From positions 1,418-65,417 of the forward strand of contig JAUVCN010000001.1 in assembly GCA_030595715.1 (NCBI GenBank): a stretch of 64,000 nucleotides of DNA, read 5' to 3'. This document shows, piece by piece, positions 1-15,490 of this stretch (position 1 is its first letter; each line of letters opens with the position of its first letter). A model generated the notes under the pieces. That model saw only the letters and a program-made list of their open reading frames with translations, did not search any database and had not been told where the DNA came from. This DNA comes from Thermoplasmatales archaeon. GTDB taxonomy: Archaea; Thermoplasmatota; Penumbrarchaeia; Penumbrarchaeales; Penumbrarchaeaceae. A program made the translations under genes and the position numbers.

Positions 1-353
1 ATCTCCACGATATCACCCTCGGTGATATCGGCTACGATAGGTTTCGGAGCAAGGTAATGCTCTATCTCTTTCAGGGATATATCGCGTTCTCCACCGACTA
101 TGCCCCTTACGTACTGCATTCCCTTGAGAAGCTCCTCGATCGCCTTCTCGTTCTTTTCTCCCTCGATCAGGACATATCCACGGAGCTTCATGGGCGAGAT
201 AATGGAAAAGATATGAGCCCCTTTCCTCTTGCCCTTCTGCCCCAGGTTCTCTGCAACTGTCTTCTCATGACCTAGTGCGGTCTTGATCGCAAATATGGTA
301 TGAGGGAAATCTACCTCTAGGAGATCCTCTCCATCAGCATTTTCTTCTTCCAT
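1..353 (-). CDS. spt5: Transcription elongation factor Spt5 (NusG homolog), N-terminal (NGN) part; gene runs off the window edge
   Basis: Reverse-strand translation from the ATG at 353 reads MEEENADGEDLLEVDFPHTIFAIKTALGHEKTVAENL...HYLAPKPIVADITEGDIVE, which matches the archaeal Spt5 NGN domain. It sits in the conserved ftsZ-secE-nusG(spt5) order. Confidence 0.8.
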   Translation of the reverse strand, partial: MEEENADGEDLLEVDFPHTIFAIKTALGHEKTVAENLGQKGKRKGAHIFSIISPMKLRGYVLIEGEKNEKAIEELLKGMQYVRGIVGGERDISLKEIEHYLAPKPIVADITEGDIVE

Positions 354-368
354 TTGATCACCTTCGGA

Positions 369-632
369 TCATAACGCTAGTGCCCAGGAGAGGAAATCCG
401 GGAAATATTCCCAGATCAGGAATATCCCGAATCCCATCCCACCGATGAGGACTATTCCGATACCTGTGATTATCAGGGTCTTGGAATACTCATCGCTTGA
501 GGGTTTCCGGGCCATCTTCAGGATCCTTCCGTACTTTCCCTTTCCAGTGGTCTTGATCTTGAACTCTAACCACCTCTGACCTTTCTGGCTTCTATCCCAG
601 GTCCAGCCCCATGTTTTTTTAAGCAGGTCCAT
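369..632 (-). CDS. secE: Preprotein translocase subunit SecE (Sec61 gamma)
   Basis: 87 aa with a basic N-terminus and a single C-terminal TM helix. It lies between ftsZ and spt5 as in many archaea. Confidence 0.7.
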   Translation of the reverse strand: MDLLKKTWGWTWDRSQKGQRWLEFKIKTTGKGKYGRILKMARKPSSDEYSKTLIITGIGIVLIGGMGFGIFLIWEYFPDFLSWALAL

Positions 633-638
633 CTCGTC

Positions 639-1841
639 TCACCTGATGAAATCTATTCCAAAGCGGGCCTCGCCCGTCTTCTTCAGGGACTTTCCGAATA
701 TCTGCTTGGATTTAACACCTGTGATAACAAGCATCACCCTGATGGTATCCTTGAGTTCAGGATCGATCTGAGCCCCCCAGATTATCCTTGCCATCGGGTT
801 GACCCTCTTGTGGATCTCCTCTGCGACAAGCTCGGCTTCCGAAACGGTCATTGACTCTCCTCCGCTGACGTTTATCAGCGCACCGGTAGCGTCACCGATA
901 TCCACTTCAAGAAGAGGTGAATCAAGAGCTGCGTTCACTGCCTTCATTGCCCTGTCATCATCATTGGATTCTCCGATGCCGATCATTGCAACACCGCCAC
1001 CCTTCATGATGGTCTTGAGGTCGGCAAAATCAAGATTCACAAGTCCGACCTTGGTGATGATCTCCGTGATGCCCTTGATAGACCTCATCAAGATCTCATC
1101 AGCCACCTTGAAGGCAGCGTTGAGTGGAAGTCTGGGGACGATCTCCAGAAGCTTGTCATTGGGTATCACGATAACGGTGTCGCTGTACTCCTGAAGCTTG
1201 TCAAGTCCATACTCGGCATTCTGCATTCTTACAACACCCTCGGCTGTGAAAGGCTGGGTCACTATCGAGATGGTAAGGGCCCCAAGTTCCCTGGCGATCC
1301 TTGCAACTTCCGGAGCGGAACCGGTTCCGGTTCCCCCTCCAAGTCCGCAGGTGATGAATACTATATCGGAGCTCATGAGTCCGGCCCTGATCTCTTCCTC
1401 TGCCTCCCTGGCTGCCTCTCCGCCTATCTGTGGAACGGAACCTGCACCGAGTCCCCTGGTGGACCTCCTTCCAATGAGGATCTTGTGGGGTGAATGGATC
1501 GTTAATAGATGCTGGGCATCAGTGTTGAGAGCAAAGATATCCGCTCCAACGATACCTTCTTCGACAACCCGGTTGATGGTATTGCCTCCTGCCCCCCCGC
1601 AACCGACGATCTTGATGTTGGTCCTGAGGCTTGCAAGGACCCTTCTGAGCTCTTCATCCTCAGGGTTTGAACCTGACATGGATTCGACCGGGACCCTCTC
1701 CGTGGTGGAAGAGACATTTGCCCCCTCCTGCTGGATCCTGGCAGCGAAACCACCTCCGGATGGGGCTGTCGGTTGAGATTGCGTATCTCCTTTGATCCTC
1801 TTTTCTTCGCGTTCCAATACACCCTTGATAATGGATTTCAT
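639..1841 (-). CDS. ftsZ: Cell division GTPase FtsZ
   Basis: 400 aa containing the tubulin signature [16 protein letters not shown] and the T7 loop. The N-terminus carries a low-complexity extension. Confidence 0.95.
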   Translation of the reverse strand: MKSIIKGVLEREEKRIKGDTQSQPTAPSGGGFAARIQQEGANVSSTTERVPVESMSGSNPEDEELRRVLASLRTNIKIVGCGGAGGNTINRVVEEGIVGADIFALNTDAQHLLTIHSPHKILIGRRSTRGLGAGSVPQIGGEAAREAEEEIRAGLMSSDIVFITCGLGGGTGTGSAPEVARIARELGALTISIVTQPFTAEGVVRMQNAEYGLDKLQEYSDTVIVIPNDKLLEIVPRLPLNAAFKVADEILMRSIKGITEIITKVGLVNLDFADLKTIMKGGGVAMIGIGESNDDDRAMKAVNAALDSPLLEVDIGDATGALINVSGGESMTVSEAELVAEEIHKRVNPMARIIWGAQIDPELKDTIRVMLVITGVKSKQIFGKSLKKTGEARFGIDFIR

Positions 1842-1904
1842 TCGAATTCCCCCGTATCTGAATCAGAATTGCTGGAGTTAAATAGAAACTACTTTGTCCT
1901 TAAA

Positions 1905-1925
1905 TGTATGTTTATATAAAAAGGT
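1905..1925 (-). promoter_or_regulatory. Candidate TATA box (TTTATATAAA) about 70 nt upstream of the ftsZ start
   Basis: AT-rich TTTATATAAAAAGG in the 140-bp L30e-ftsZ intergenic region. Confidence 0.3.
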
Positions 1926-1982
1926 TGCCGGATTAGTAATTTCCATCGATACTTTTGGTTCCTCCAGTCTCACATCCTGTGT

Positions 1983-7106
<5,124 letters not shown>

Positions 7107-7118
7107 CTTCTCACCTCC

Positions 7119-10100
7119 TCAGCGTAGATCCTCCAGATTCAATCTCATTGCAACACACATCGATTTCAACTCGTCCATGAGTAACTTGAATGCATAGCTT
7201 GTCTGGACAGGATGGATGTTCCCTGTTTCGCCGCAAACCGGACATCTGAGAACTCCCCTCTTGTCAAGCATGGCAACGTTCCCACACAGGGGGTTGCCAC
7301 AGACATACTCGATGGTCCCGTCCGACTCATCAAGGAGCCTGTCCTTGATGACCATGGAAACACCATGGGCGATCAGGCAGTCCCTCTCCATCTCTCCGAA
7401 CCTCAGACCACCCTGTCTTGACCGTCCTTCCGTGGGTTGTCTTGTCAGGATCTGGACAGGTCCCCTTGATCTGACATGCATCTTTCCTGACACCATATGA
7501 TGAAGTTTCTGATAATAGATGACACCCTTGAAGACGTCAACCCTGAGCTTCTTTCCGGTGAACGGGTCATACATTGTCTCTTTCCCGGTATGTTTGAAAC
7601 CGAGATCGTGGAGCTCGGCTCTGAGCTTTTCCTCCTTCTCACCGGAGAAGGCAGTTCCATCAATGAACCTACCGTTCATGGATCCTGCCTTTCCTCCGAT
7701 CATCTCGAGGACATGGGCCACGGTCATACGGGAAGGAATAGCGTGGGGGTTAGTGACCAGATCAGGGGGTATGCCCAGCTCGTTAAATGGCATATCCTCC
7801 GGATTTGCAATATGTCCGATAACACCCTTCTGCCCGTGTCTTGAAGCGAACTTATCACCAATTTCTGGGATCTTTTCGGACCTGACCGTTACCTTCACCA
7901 GCCTCAGTCCGTTCTCGGACTCGGTGATCATGACAGAATCCACATATCCCAACTCCCTTGGCCTGACGGTCAGTGAAGTCTCCCTTCTCCTCCTCGGGGT
8001 AAGGAAGTCCGTATGTTCCTCCAGGAACCTGGGAGGGGAGGTCCTGCCGATGAGGACATCCTTCCCGTTCACATCGAACTCGGGTGATATGATCCCATCC
8101 TCGTCGAGGTTGGTATATGCCTCTTCGGTCCTAGCACCCATGACTTCCGGGTCAGGGATCTCGATCCGATCTTCCTGGCCGCCGGGATACCTTCTTTCCT
8201 CGACAGAGTAGGTCCTGATGAACGTGGACCTTCCCAGACCCCTCTCGATGGAAGCCTTGTTGAAGATGAGTGCATCCTCCATGTTGTATCCTTGATAGGA
8301 CATTACAGCAACGACGAAGTTCTGACCGCCGGGTCTCTTGTTGAAGTTGACGAAATCCATGGTCTTCGTCTGCAACATGGGTTTCTGCGGATAATGGAGT
8401 AGATGTCCCCGTGTGTCGCATCTGATCCTGAAGTTGGAAGATCCCAGTCCGAGTGACTGTTTGGCCATTCCTGACCCCATTGTGATCCTTGGGGATGAGT
8501 TGTGATGAGGATAGCAGACAAGTCCCGAGCAGGTTCCCAGGATCACCATAGGGTCTATCTCCATATGCGTCATTCCGGACTCAATCCCGTTCTCATCCAC
8601 TGCGATCCAGAGATCCTCTTCCTCTTCAGCATCTATCCACTCGATGATGCCCTGCTGAACGAGGTCTTCCCATGTGATCTTGCCATCTACGAGGGACTGC
8701 TTCATACGATCCGTAAGCTTGTGCTGTCCCTTTTCAAGTACGAAGAGAGGCCTTCTAACCCTTCCATCATCGCTGTTGATGATGACCGAGTTCACCTGGG
8801 TATTGTATCTCACATTGATCTCGTTGGATTTCTCTTGAGGCATTGCAAGGAATCCCTGTCTCCTTCTTTTCCTCACGGAGTCCACAAGCCCTTCAGGGTC
8901 GTGATGTATGCCGATCAGGTTGCCGTTGAGGTATACCCTGGCTTCATCCGTGAGTTCCTTTTCGATCCTCCTTACACCCATGTCAAATAGAGTGGACTCC
9001 AGCTTTCTGTCGTCATAACCTTCGGAAATATCGACTATGAGAGCAAGGTTCTTCACAAGACCGCAGTTTTGACCCTCAGGGGTCTCGTTCGGGCAGAGCC
9101 TCCCCCACTGTGTGGGATGAAGATCTCTCGCTTCGAAATGGGGCTGTGACCTTGTCAGCGGTGATGTGATCCTCCTGAGATGAGAGATGGTTGACATGTT
9201 GCAGGTCCGATCAAGGAGCTGGGATACACCATCCCTGCCTCCAACCCAGTTGCCTGTCGCAAGCGCATGGATTATCCTTTGTGAAAGGACATCGGGCCTG
9301 ATGGAGGATGCGACCCTGAGCTTCCTTTTCCTGGTGATGGTCCTCTCGAGCTGATACTTGAGGTCCTTCATCAGAGAGGTGAAGGCTACCCTGAACAGGT
9401 CCTCACAGAGGTCTCCCGCAAGTGATATCCTCTTGTTTGCATAATGGTCCTTATCATCAGGGTCCCTCTGTTTGAGCTTGAGCTCGAGAACCGACCTTGC
9501 GATCCTTCCGAGGTAGATGGACTTCTTGATCCTCTGGTCCCTGTGATCTCCCAGATGGGGAAGGAGTGATTTGTCGATGATCGACTCGACCTTCTTCTCC
9601 CTGAACTCCTTGGCCTGACCGGTTGCAAACTTCTTTTCTAGGTAGTTCAGTGCATCCTCGATAGTGTTGACATTATGGGTCACTGCACATTCTTCAAGGT
9701 TTGCGAACACCACATTGTTCATCCTCTCATCGGAAACGATCGCCTTGGCGATATCCTCATCAGCGTCCATTCCAAGTGCTTTCATGAGGATCACAAGAGG
9801 TATCTGTGTAGGTGCCGCAGGTACCGACACCATGAGCATGCCGTCCTTCTTGTGCTCTACTGCTGTTAGGGCCCTGAAACCCTCTCTCTGCGAGAACACC
9901 TTTGCAACGGCCATGGGAGTGCCGTACTTCTCTTCCCATTCCACAAGCACCCTGTTGGGTGACAGGTCCTCAAGGGAGATCAGAGATCTCTCGGTCCCGT
10001 TTATTATGAAATATCCACCAGGGTCCAATGGGTCTTCCCTCATGTCCTGGAGCTTCCTGCCATATTGGTCATCTGTAAGGTTCCTGTCCTGGCTCAACAT

Positions 10101-10532
10101 CTCCCGATGAAGATTGCACCTCTTGGACTTGATCATGATGGGCAGGTCGCCGATCTTGACCTTCTCCGGTTCCCTGTCTATCCCATTCTCGATGATGGTG
10201 AACTCCAGGAAGATCGGAGAGGAATAGGTAAGGTCCCTCAGCCTTGCCTCCATGGGAGTAAGCTCATGGGTTGCGCCATTTGCTTCCTTGACTATCGGGG
10301 TCCCCACAGTGATCCTTCCAAGTTTGATATCTATGGAATCCTCATCAAGCTTGTCAACATCGAGCCTGATGATCCCCCTTTCATTGTCGACCTCACCGAT
10401 CCTTATGGAATCGATGATCCTCTGCATCCTTGATTTGGGATTATCATGGGTTGGCAGAAAATCATTGAACGATGCCATTTGATGGTTGATTATATTACGG
10501 CTACTGAAGAAAGCTTCGACTACTTCTTTCAT
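7119..10532 (-). CDS. rpoB: DNA-directed RNA polymerase subunit B (Rpo2, unsplit)
   Basis: 1137 aa, a single ORF containing both the B'' and B' portions. It ends with the Zn ribbon CGNPLCGNVAMLDKRGVLRCPVCGE. Confidence 0.95.
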   Translation of the reverse strand: MKEVVEAFFSSRNIINHQMASFNDFLPTHDNPKSRMQRIIDSIRIGEVDNERGIIRLDVDKLDEDSIDIKLGRITVGTPIVKEANGATHELTPMEARLRDLTYSSPIFLEFTIIENGIDREPEKVKIGDLPIMIKSKRCNLHREMLSQDRNLTDDQYGRKLQDMREDPLDPGGYFIINGTERSLISLEDLSPNRVLVEWEEKYGTPMAVAKVFSQREGFRALTAVEHKKDGMLMVSVPAAPTQIPLVILMKALGMDADEDIAKAIVSDERMNNVVFANLEECAVTHNVNTIEDALNYLEKKFATGQAKEFREKKVESIIDKSLLPHLGDHRDQRIKKSIYLGRIARSVLELKLKQRDPDDKDHYANKRISLAGDLCEDLFRVAFTSLMKDLKYQLERTITRKRKLRVASSIRPDVLSQRIIHALATGNWVGGRDGVSQLLDRTCNMSTISHLRRITSPLTRSQPHFEARDLHPTQWGRLCPNETPEGQNCGLVKNLALIVDISEGYDDRKLESTLFDMGVRRIEKELTDEARVYLNGNLIGIHHDPEGLVDSVRKRRRQGFLAMPQEKSNEINVRYNTQVNSVIINSDDGRVRRPLFVLEKGQHKLTDRMKQSLVDGKITWEDLVQQGIIEWIDAEEEEDLWIAVDENGIESGMTHMEIDPMVILGTCSGLVCYPHHNSSPRITMGSGMAKQSLGLGSSNFRIRCDTRGHLLHYPQKPMLQTKTMDFVNFNKRPGGQNFVVAVMSYQGYNMEDALIFNKASIERGLGRSTFIRTYSVEERRYPGGQEDRIEIPDPEVMGARTEEAYTNLDEDGIISPEFDVNGKDVLIGRTSPPRFLEEHTDFLTPRRRRETSLTVRPRELGYVDSVMITESENGLRLVKVTVRSEKIPEIGDKFASRHGQKGVIGHIANPEDMPFNELGIPPDLVTNPHAIPSRMTVAHVLEMIGGKAGSMNGRFIDGTAFSGEKEEKLRAELHDLGFKHTGKETMYDPFTGKKLRVDVFKGVIYYQKLHHMVSGKMHVRSRGPVQILTRQPTEGRSRQGGLRFGEMERDCLIAHGVSMVIKDRLLDESDGTIEYVCGNPLCGNVAMLDKRGVLRCPVCGETGNIHPVQTSYAFKLLMDELKSMCVAMRLNLEDLR

Positions 10533-10598
10533 TGGAGCACCTCCTTGAAAATATGACCTCTAGGTTCATGGGCATTGAACTGCATTTGTGATATCCCC

Positions 10599-10853
10599 CT
10601 ATAGACCGGTCTTCTCCTCAACAACAAGTCTGTAATAATTGGAAGCTCCCGCGGTCGGGCTCTCCCTCTCGATCTTGATCACCTGCCCGGGTTGAGCTGC
10701 CAGGGCTTTGGCACATGGATCTGCCATCAGGATCAAAGGGAGCTTTCCCTTTACGATCCCGTACTCCTTTAACAACTCATCGACCTCTTCTTCCGACATT
10801 ATCGAATGTCTCGGAACGAGGTAGTTCTCCATAACGTTGAACTGTGGCATCAT
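10599..10853 (-). CDS. rpoH: DNA-directed RNA polymerase subunit H (Rpo5)
   Basis: 84 aa with the typical RpoH motif HSIMSEEEVDELLKEYGIVKGKLPLILMADPCAKAL. A GGAGG sits 6 nt upstream of the ATG. Confidence 0.85.
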   Translation of the reverse strand: MMPQFNVMENYLVPRHSIMSEEEVDELLKEYGIVKGKLPLILMADPCAKALAAQPGQVIKIERESPTAGASNYYRLVVEEKTGL

Positions 10854-10904
10854 GAGGTCCTCCTGGGCCGGCGGGTAGACAGCGTTGTACCATATCAGGA
10901 GGAA

Positions 10905-11020
10905 GTGGCGGGTCCGAGGGGATTCGAACCCCCGGCCATCTGGTTAAAAGCCAGACGCTCTTTCTAGGGAAGGCGGCCTCAGAATAGACCGAGCATCCTA
11001 CCTAGCTGAGCTACGGACCC
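10905..11020 (-). tRNA. tRNA-Lys (anticodon UUU) with an approximately 38-nt intron at a non-canonical D-arm position; CCA is encoded
   Basis: The minus-strand read is GGGTCCG TA GCTC AGCTAGGTA[G GATGCTCGGTCTATTCTGAGGCCGCCTTCCCTAGAA A]GAGC G TCTGG CTTTTAA CCAGA TGGCC GGGGG TTCGAAT CCCCT CGGACCC G CCA. It has a 7-bp acceptor stem, a GCUC/GAGC D-stem, an anticodon loop CU-UUU-AA and a TTCGAAT T-loop. Intron CCUAG can pair with D-loop CUAGG, giving a BHB-like helix. Confidence 0.75.
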
Positions 11021-11322
11021 AGAATTACCCTTTCCGCTACCCGATACGGTCAAGACGAGAACGTGCATAATACCTTTATTATTTAACTGTTTGCATCAAT
11101 GTCCCCTATCGGGTAGGATAATGGGATATCAGCCCCAGATCTGTATATGTAAATCCCCGATATGAGGTGCAAGAGGACAAAAGCATTAAATGGTTAGAAA
11201 CGGAATTATCCTTACCGCATCCGAAGGTCAAGACACATGGGAAGAGGATAGCGGGGTCGTTCTTGCTTAGATCTGATTTTTGAGGATCTTCATATATCAG
11301 ACCATCGTTGTTGATCCTTACA

Positions 11323-12459
11323 TCAAACATATCCAGAATAATCCACTCCTTCTTCAACAAGGTGAACACCGGAACCATTCTCAACCCGGCCGATAACCCT
11401 GGCCCCATATTTCGCAAGGACGGTCAAGACATCATCCCTGGACCGGTTATCGATGACGATCACCATCCCAAGACCCATATTGAAGGTCTGGTACATCTCC
11501 TTCTCCTCGATCCTTCCGAGGACCTGGATCAATCTGAACACAGGAGGAACCTCGAACATGTCATCGATCACGTACGACAGGTCCTCCTTCATTCTGCTGA
11601 TGTTCCTCATCCCGCCGCCGGTGATATTTGCCATACCCTTGACCGATCCCTTCTTCACCGTCCTCAGGAGTTCCAGTATTTCCTTCACATAGATCCTGGT
11701 TGGTGTCAGCAGGACATCTCCAAGAACCTTTGGTTCGGTGGAACCTACCCAGTCCTCCACCGCCTTCATATGCTCGGGGTAGAGGGTCCTGGAACTCCAC
11801 TCCGTTGATCCGATGACCTCCTGGAGTGGTGAGATGTAGGAAAGACCATTCTCCTCCACGACCATTCTTACAAGGGTGAACCCGTTGGAATGTATCCCGG
11901 ATGACGGAAGACCGATGATCAGATCTCCGGGGGAAACATCCTTTCCGGTGATGACGGCATCCTTGTTCACCATCCCAAGGCAGGTCCCCGCGAGATCGAG
12001 TCCTTTGACTATCTCAGGAAGGGTGGCGGTCTCCCCGCCTATGATCGTTAGATTGGACCGCTTTGCACCTTCGTTCAGGCCCTTCCCGATCTCCGAGAGG
12101 ATACCCCTGTCAGGATCCTCGGTCGCAATGTAATCCACAAATGCCAAAGGTTCTGCCCCGACGCATATCATGTCGTTGACATTCATCGCCATGCAGTCGA
12201 TACCCACGGTATCCCATTTTTGCAGGGTCTCCGCGATCTTTATCTTGGACCCCACACCATCGGTACAAAGGGAAAGATACCTGTCCCCTATATCGATCAA
12301 TCCGGTGAAGCTTCCACCAAGGTCCACTGGAGAACCCACGCCTTTCCTCTTGAAACCAAGGGAGGAGACCAATCCGCGAATGGCATCTCCTTCACTCCGG
12401 ATATCAACACCTGCCTGTGCATATGTCATCCTTTTTTTCCCTACAGGATCTTTGGACAT
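11323..12459 (-). CDS. purM: Phosphoribosylformylglycinamidine cyclo-ligase (AIR synthetase)
   Basis: 378 aa showing the PurM N- and C-domains (AGVDIRSEGDAI..., CMAMNVNDMICVGAEPLAFVDYIA). The start is probably Met11 (MTYAQAGVDI). Confidence 0.9.
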   Translation of the reverse strand: MSKDPVGKKRMTYAQAGVDIRSEGDAIRGLVSSLGFKRKGVGSPVDLGGSFTGLIDIGDRYLSLCTDGVGSKIKIAETLQKWDTVGIDCMAMNVNDMICVGAEPLAFVDYIATEDPDRGILSEIGKGLNEGAKRSNLTIIGGETATLPEIVKGLDLAGTCLGMVNKDAVITGKDVSPGDLIIGLPSSGIHSNGFTLVRMVVEENGLSYISPLQEVIGSTEWSSRTLYPEHMKAVEDWVGSTEPKVLGDVLLTPTRIYVKEILELLRTVKKGSVKGMANITGGGMRNISRMKEDLSYVIDDMFEVPPVFRLIQVLGRIEEKEMYQTFNMGLGMVIVIDNRSRDDVLTVLAKYGARVIGRVENGSGVHLVEEGVDYSGYV

Positions 12460-12468
12460 TTCAATTCC

Positions 12469-13359
12469 TCAATATGTTAAGACCTTGCAACCGTTCTCGG
12501 TTACGTATAACGTATGTTCCCACTGGGCCACCATGCCGCCCGATGTTTCCTTCAATATCGGGTAGGAATAGACCGAACCGGCCCTGACCAATCCTTTTAA
12601 AGGTCTTTCAGATCTTTCGATCTTTCTTGAAAGCCATCTCTCGGAGAATGGCAGTCTGTTCATCTCCGATCTCAGGATCTCCATGGCTGCTATCTGATCT
12701 TCTTTCAACTTGCCCCTTGGTCGAACGAAGCGGTAGATATTGGACCTCTTTCCCGATGTTACCTCGCCGACACCTGTTGTAGCAAAGGGTTCTATTGCCA
12801 CTATGGTTCCAACTGGCAGGTAATCCCTTGATCTGTCATCATAGTTCGGTACCGAGAGGCCTGCATGAAGATTGTACCTCTCTATGGAATGACCGGTGAG
12901 ATTGACTATGGGTTTGAATCCTGACGAATTGATGGTCCTTTCCACAATGGATCCAATAGTTGAAAGTGAGATCCCACCCCTGATCACCTCGATGGCGGAT
13001 TCGAGCGATAACTTGGCCGCCAGTATCAGGCCATGGTAGGTGTTTGATCCGACCTCTACTGTCTTTGCGGTGTCACCTATCCTGCCATCTATATGAGCTC
13101 CGACATCTATCTTGACGAGGTCACCATACTGGAACTTACCCTTGTCATTCGGTTTGGGAGTGTAATGTGCCGCGATATCATTGATCGCAATATTGGTCGG
13201 GAAGGCCACCCTGGCCCCATGATCCCTGATAAGGTCCTCAACGGTATTGGCAACTTCAAGATAGGTGACCCCTTCCTCGACCATCCTGGCCCCGAGATCC
13301 CTTGCCTTTCCGGCTATTCCGCCTGCCCGCTTCCATTTGGAGAGTTCATCCTCATCCAT
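12469..13359 (-). CDS. map: Methionine aminopeptidase, type 2 (archaeal)
   Basis: 296 aa with a pita-bread fold and metal ligands (DLVKIDVGAHIDGRIGDTA ... HSIERYNLHAG ... AIEPFAT ... EHTLYVTE). Confidence 0.9.
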   Translation of the reverse strand: MDEDELSKWKRAGGIAGKARDLGARMVEEGVTYLEVANTVEDLIRDHGARVAFPTNIAINDIAAHYTPKPNDKGKFQYGDLVKIDVGAHIDGRIGDTAKTVEVGSNTYHGLILAAKLSLESAIEVIRGGISLSTIGSIVERTINSSGFKPIVNLTGHSIERYNLHAGLSVPNYDDRSRDYLPVGTIVAIEPFATTGVGEVTSGKRSNIYRFVRPRGKLKEDQIAAMEILRSEMNRLPFSERWLSRKIERSERPLKGLVRAGSVYSYPILKETSGGMVAQWEHTLYVTENGCKVLTY

Positions 13360-13987
13360 TGTGGCCCCTCATACGATCAAAGATATTTACCTTTCCCTTT
13401 CTTAGTAATATTGGTGGATATTCTGTAATATCTATCATCTCCGACGGCTCCGATGATATCGATGAAATGTCCTCTATCATTAGGAGGTCCGATCTCCCCA
13501 TCTGTCCTTCAAGGTCCTCCTCCCCCATGACGGGACCCTTCCCATGAACATTGGCGCTGGTCAGTGCGACCGGACCGAACTTCTCACAGATCGAATGGAA
13601 TATTGGATGTTCCGGGATCCTTATCGCAACCTTACCCTCCTGAACAACTTGGCCCGGAAGACCCCGATCAGCAGGAACAATGAATGTGACCGGACCCGGA
13701 AGGTTCTCTTTCAATATTTCCATCATTCCCATATCCGGTCTGGCAACCATTTCGATCATTTCAAGAGAACCTACAGCCACGGGGAGCTTCATCTCTTCAG
13801 GTCTCTTCTTCATGGAGAATATCTCGTTCAGGAGCCCAATATCTTCGATAGGTGCAGTGATGCCGTATACCGTATCGGTGGGAACTATTACAGGAATGCC
13901 CCTATCGAACTCATCCCTGATCGAACCCAGGATATCTTCCAATGCCCCCTTCTCCCATTTGATGGATCTCACACTTCCTTTTAACAT
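13352..13987 (-). CDS. tsaC: L-threonylcarbamoyladenylate synthase, YrdC/TsaC short form
   Basis: 211 aa with the YrdC domain signature PVIVPTDTVYGI ... GPVALTSANVHG. There is no Sua5 C-terminal domain. Confidence 0.8.
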   Translation of the reverse strand: MLKGSVRSIKWEKGALEDILGSIRDEFDRGIPVIVPTDTVYGITAPIEDIGLLNEIFSMKKRPEEMKLPVAVGSLEMIEMVARPDMGMMEILKENLPGPVTFIVPADRGLPGQVVQEGKVAIRIPEHPIFHSICEKFGPVALTSANVHGKGPVMGEEDLEGQMGRSDLLMIEDISSISSEPSEMIDITEYPPILLRKGKVNIFDRMRGHNG

Positions 13988-14022
13988 CTGATCGTATAAA
14001 TATTTGGGTCCTTGATGGCTTA

Positions 14023-15054
14023 TTAATCATCCATTATGAGAAGATGGTCACCTTCCCTCAGTTTCAATCTGTCCATCTTCTCCAGGGAAAGGACCTTTTC
14101 CGACCTGACCACACCCAGGACAACGATCCCCTTCAGTGACCTTGGATCCTTGCCAAGTTCCACTCCCATGACCTCCCTCTGGCTCAGGTACATCCCCTTC
14201 TCGGAGGTCATTACATCCTCAAGAAGATGGACGACATTCGGTTGGGATGTCGCAGTTGCCATCAATGAGCCTGATGTCACAGCAGGAGCGATGATGGTCT
14301 CCACTCCTGATTTCTTGAGCAGCTTGATGTTCTCAAGGTCGGTTACCTGTGATATCACCCTGATGCCGGGGTTCAGATATTTGGCCGTCAGGGTGATCAG
14401 TATATTGTTGTCATCCTTTCGAGTGGATATAACGATCGAAGAGGCCTTTTCGACCATCGCATCCATCAGGACCGTCTCTTTGGACGCGTCACCGTTGATG
14501 GATATGAACCCATCATCGGCTGCAAGCTGAGCCTCATCAGGATCTGTCGTGATCACTACGATATTCCTCTTCTTGGACCCCCGGGATACCAGTTCGTCAG
14601 CAGTTGTCTGTCCCGAAGTGGTATAGCCCACGATCAGTATATGGTCCTTGAGCGTTCTCTGAATGGTCTTCATCATCACTGCCTCCCGATATCTATCATA
14701 GATGAACTGATAGGTGGTCCCGACTATAACGAACCACATTGCGGCTCTACCGAACGTGATCAGGACCGTATCGAATATCCTGGCCGATTCCGATACCGGA
14801 ACGATATCCCCGTAACCCGTGGTCGTGATGGACATAACGGTGAAATATACGGCATCCGGATATGAGATCCCATCCCCCTGGGAGTCCTCGTAATGGTCCC
14901 TGAATGTATAAACCAGAGAAGCTATTATGATTATCATCAACAGCAGGAAGGATATCCTTACCAATACAGTGACGAGGTTGGCCCTTCTTTTCTTGTAAAT
15001 GAAATTGGACCTTTTCTTCTCCGAACCCCGCAATGGATGCCCCCTATCCTGCAT
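14023..15054 (-). CDS. MthK-like 2TM potassium channel with a C-terminal RCK (TrkA-N) domain
   Basis: Selectivity filter TTTGYGD flanked by two TM helices, followed by a Rossmann-type RCK domain (ILIVGYTTSGQTTADELVSRG...). Confidence 0.85.
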   Translation of the reverse strand: MQDRGHPLRGSEKKRSNFIYKKRRANLVTVLVRISFLLLMIIIIASLVYTFRDHYEDSQGDGISYPDAVYFTVMSITTTGYGDIVPVSESARIFDTVLITFGRAAMWFVIVGTTYQFIYDRYREAVMMKTIQRTLKDHILIVGYTTSGQTTADELVSRGSKKRNIVVITTDPDEAQLAADDGFISINGDASKETVLMDAMVEKASSIVISTRKDDNNILITLTAKYLNPGIRVISQVTDLENIKLLKKSGVETIIAPAVTSGSLMATATSQPNVVHLLEDVMTSEKGMYLSQREVMGVELGKDPRSLKGIVVLGVVRSEKVLSLEKMDRLKLREGDHLLIMDD

Positions 15055-15093
15055 ACAGGATATACGTAATGATTAAAAAGAATATGGAAAGGT

Positions 15094-15480
15094 TCATACA
15101 AGGCTCAGCTTCCCATTCGGGAAATCCAGGGTCATCCTGAAATGCTTCAGGAAATTCAATCCGAGCAGACCTTCGACCCTTGTTTCGGTGGGCAGGTCAA
15201 AACTCGCAACCTCGATGTTTTTCACGGTCTTTCCCATTATTTCAATAGAATCGACCCTTACAATATCAACATCAACCGTTCCACCTGCCGTCTGAATATG
15301 CACAGACCTTGCAGTGATAATAGTTGATGAGCCGATCTTCTGAATTACCTTACCCGGGATCATGGTGATGGATGCTCCAGTATCAAGGATGAATTGGACC
15401 ATCCTCTCTCCATCCGGACCGGAAACCGACCCATCCAGAACTATAGCTGTACAATCACGACTAATGGAGGCCTCTGACAT
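15094..15480 (-). CDS. Retropepsin-like (clan AA) aspartic protease
   Basis: 128 aa with the catalytic FILDTGAS motif. The size and layout fit a single-domain retropepsin that dimerises. Confidence 0.7.
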   Translation of the reverse strand: MSEASISRDCTAIVLDGSVSGPDGERMVQFILDTGASITMIPGKVIQKIGSSTIITARSVHIQTAGGTVDVDIVRVDSIEIMGKTVKNIEVASFDLPTETRVEGLLGLNFLKHFRMTLDFPNGKLSLV

Positions 15481-15490
15481 ATGATCACCA

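Noticed and set aside
799-1776. Plus-strand ORFs of 131 and 192 aa inside ftsZ.
   Set aside because: They lie antisense to the highly conserved ftsZ and have biased Ser/Pro/Ala composition typical of antisense frames of GC-rich codons.
11106-11417. 103-aa minus-strand ORF overlapping the 3' end of purM.
   Set aside because: It overlaps purM out of frame, is not conserved and runs into the promoter region of the tRNA.
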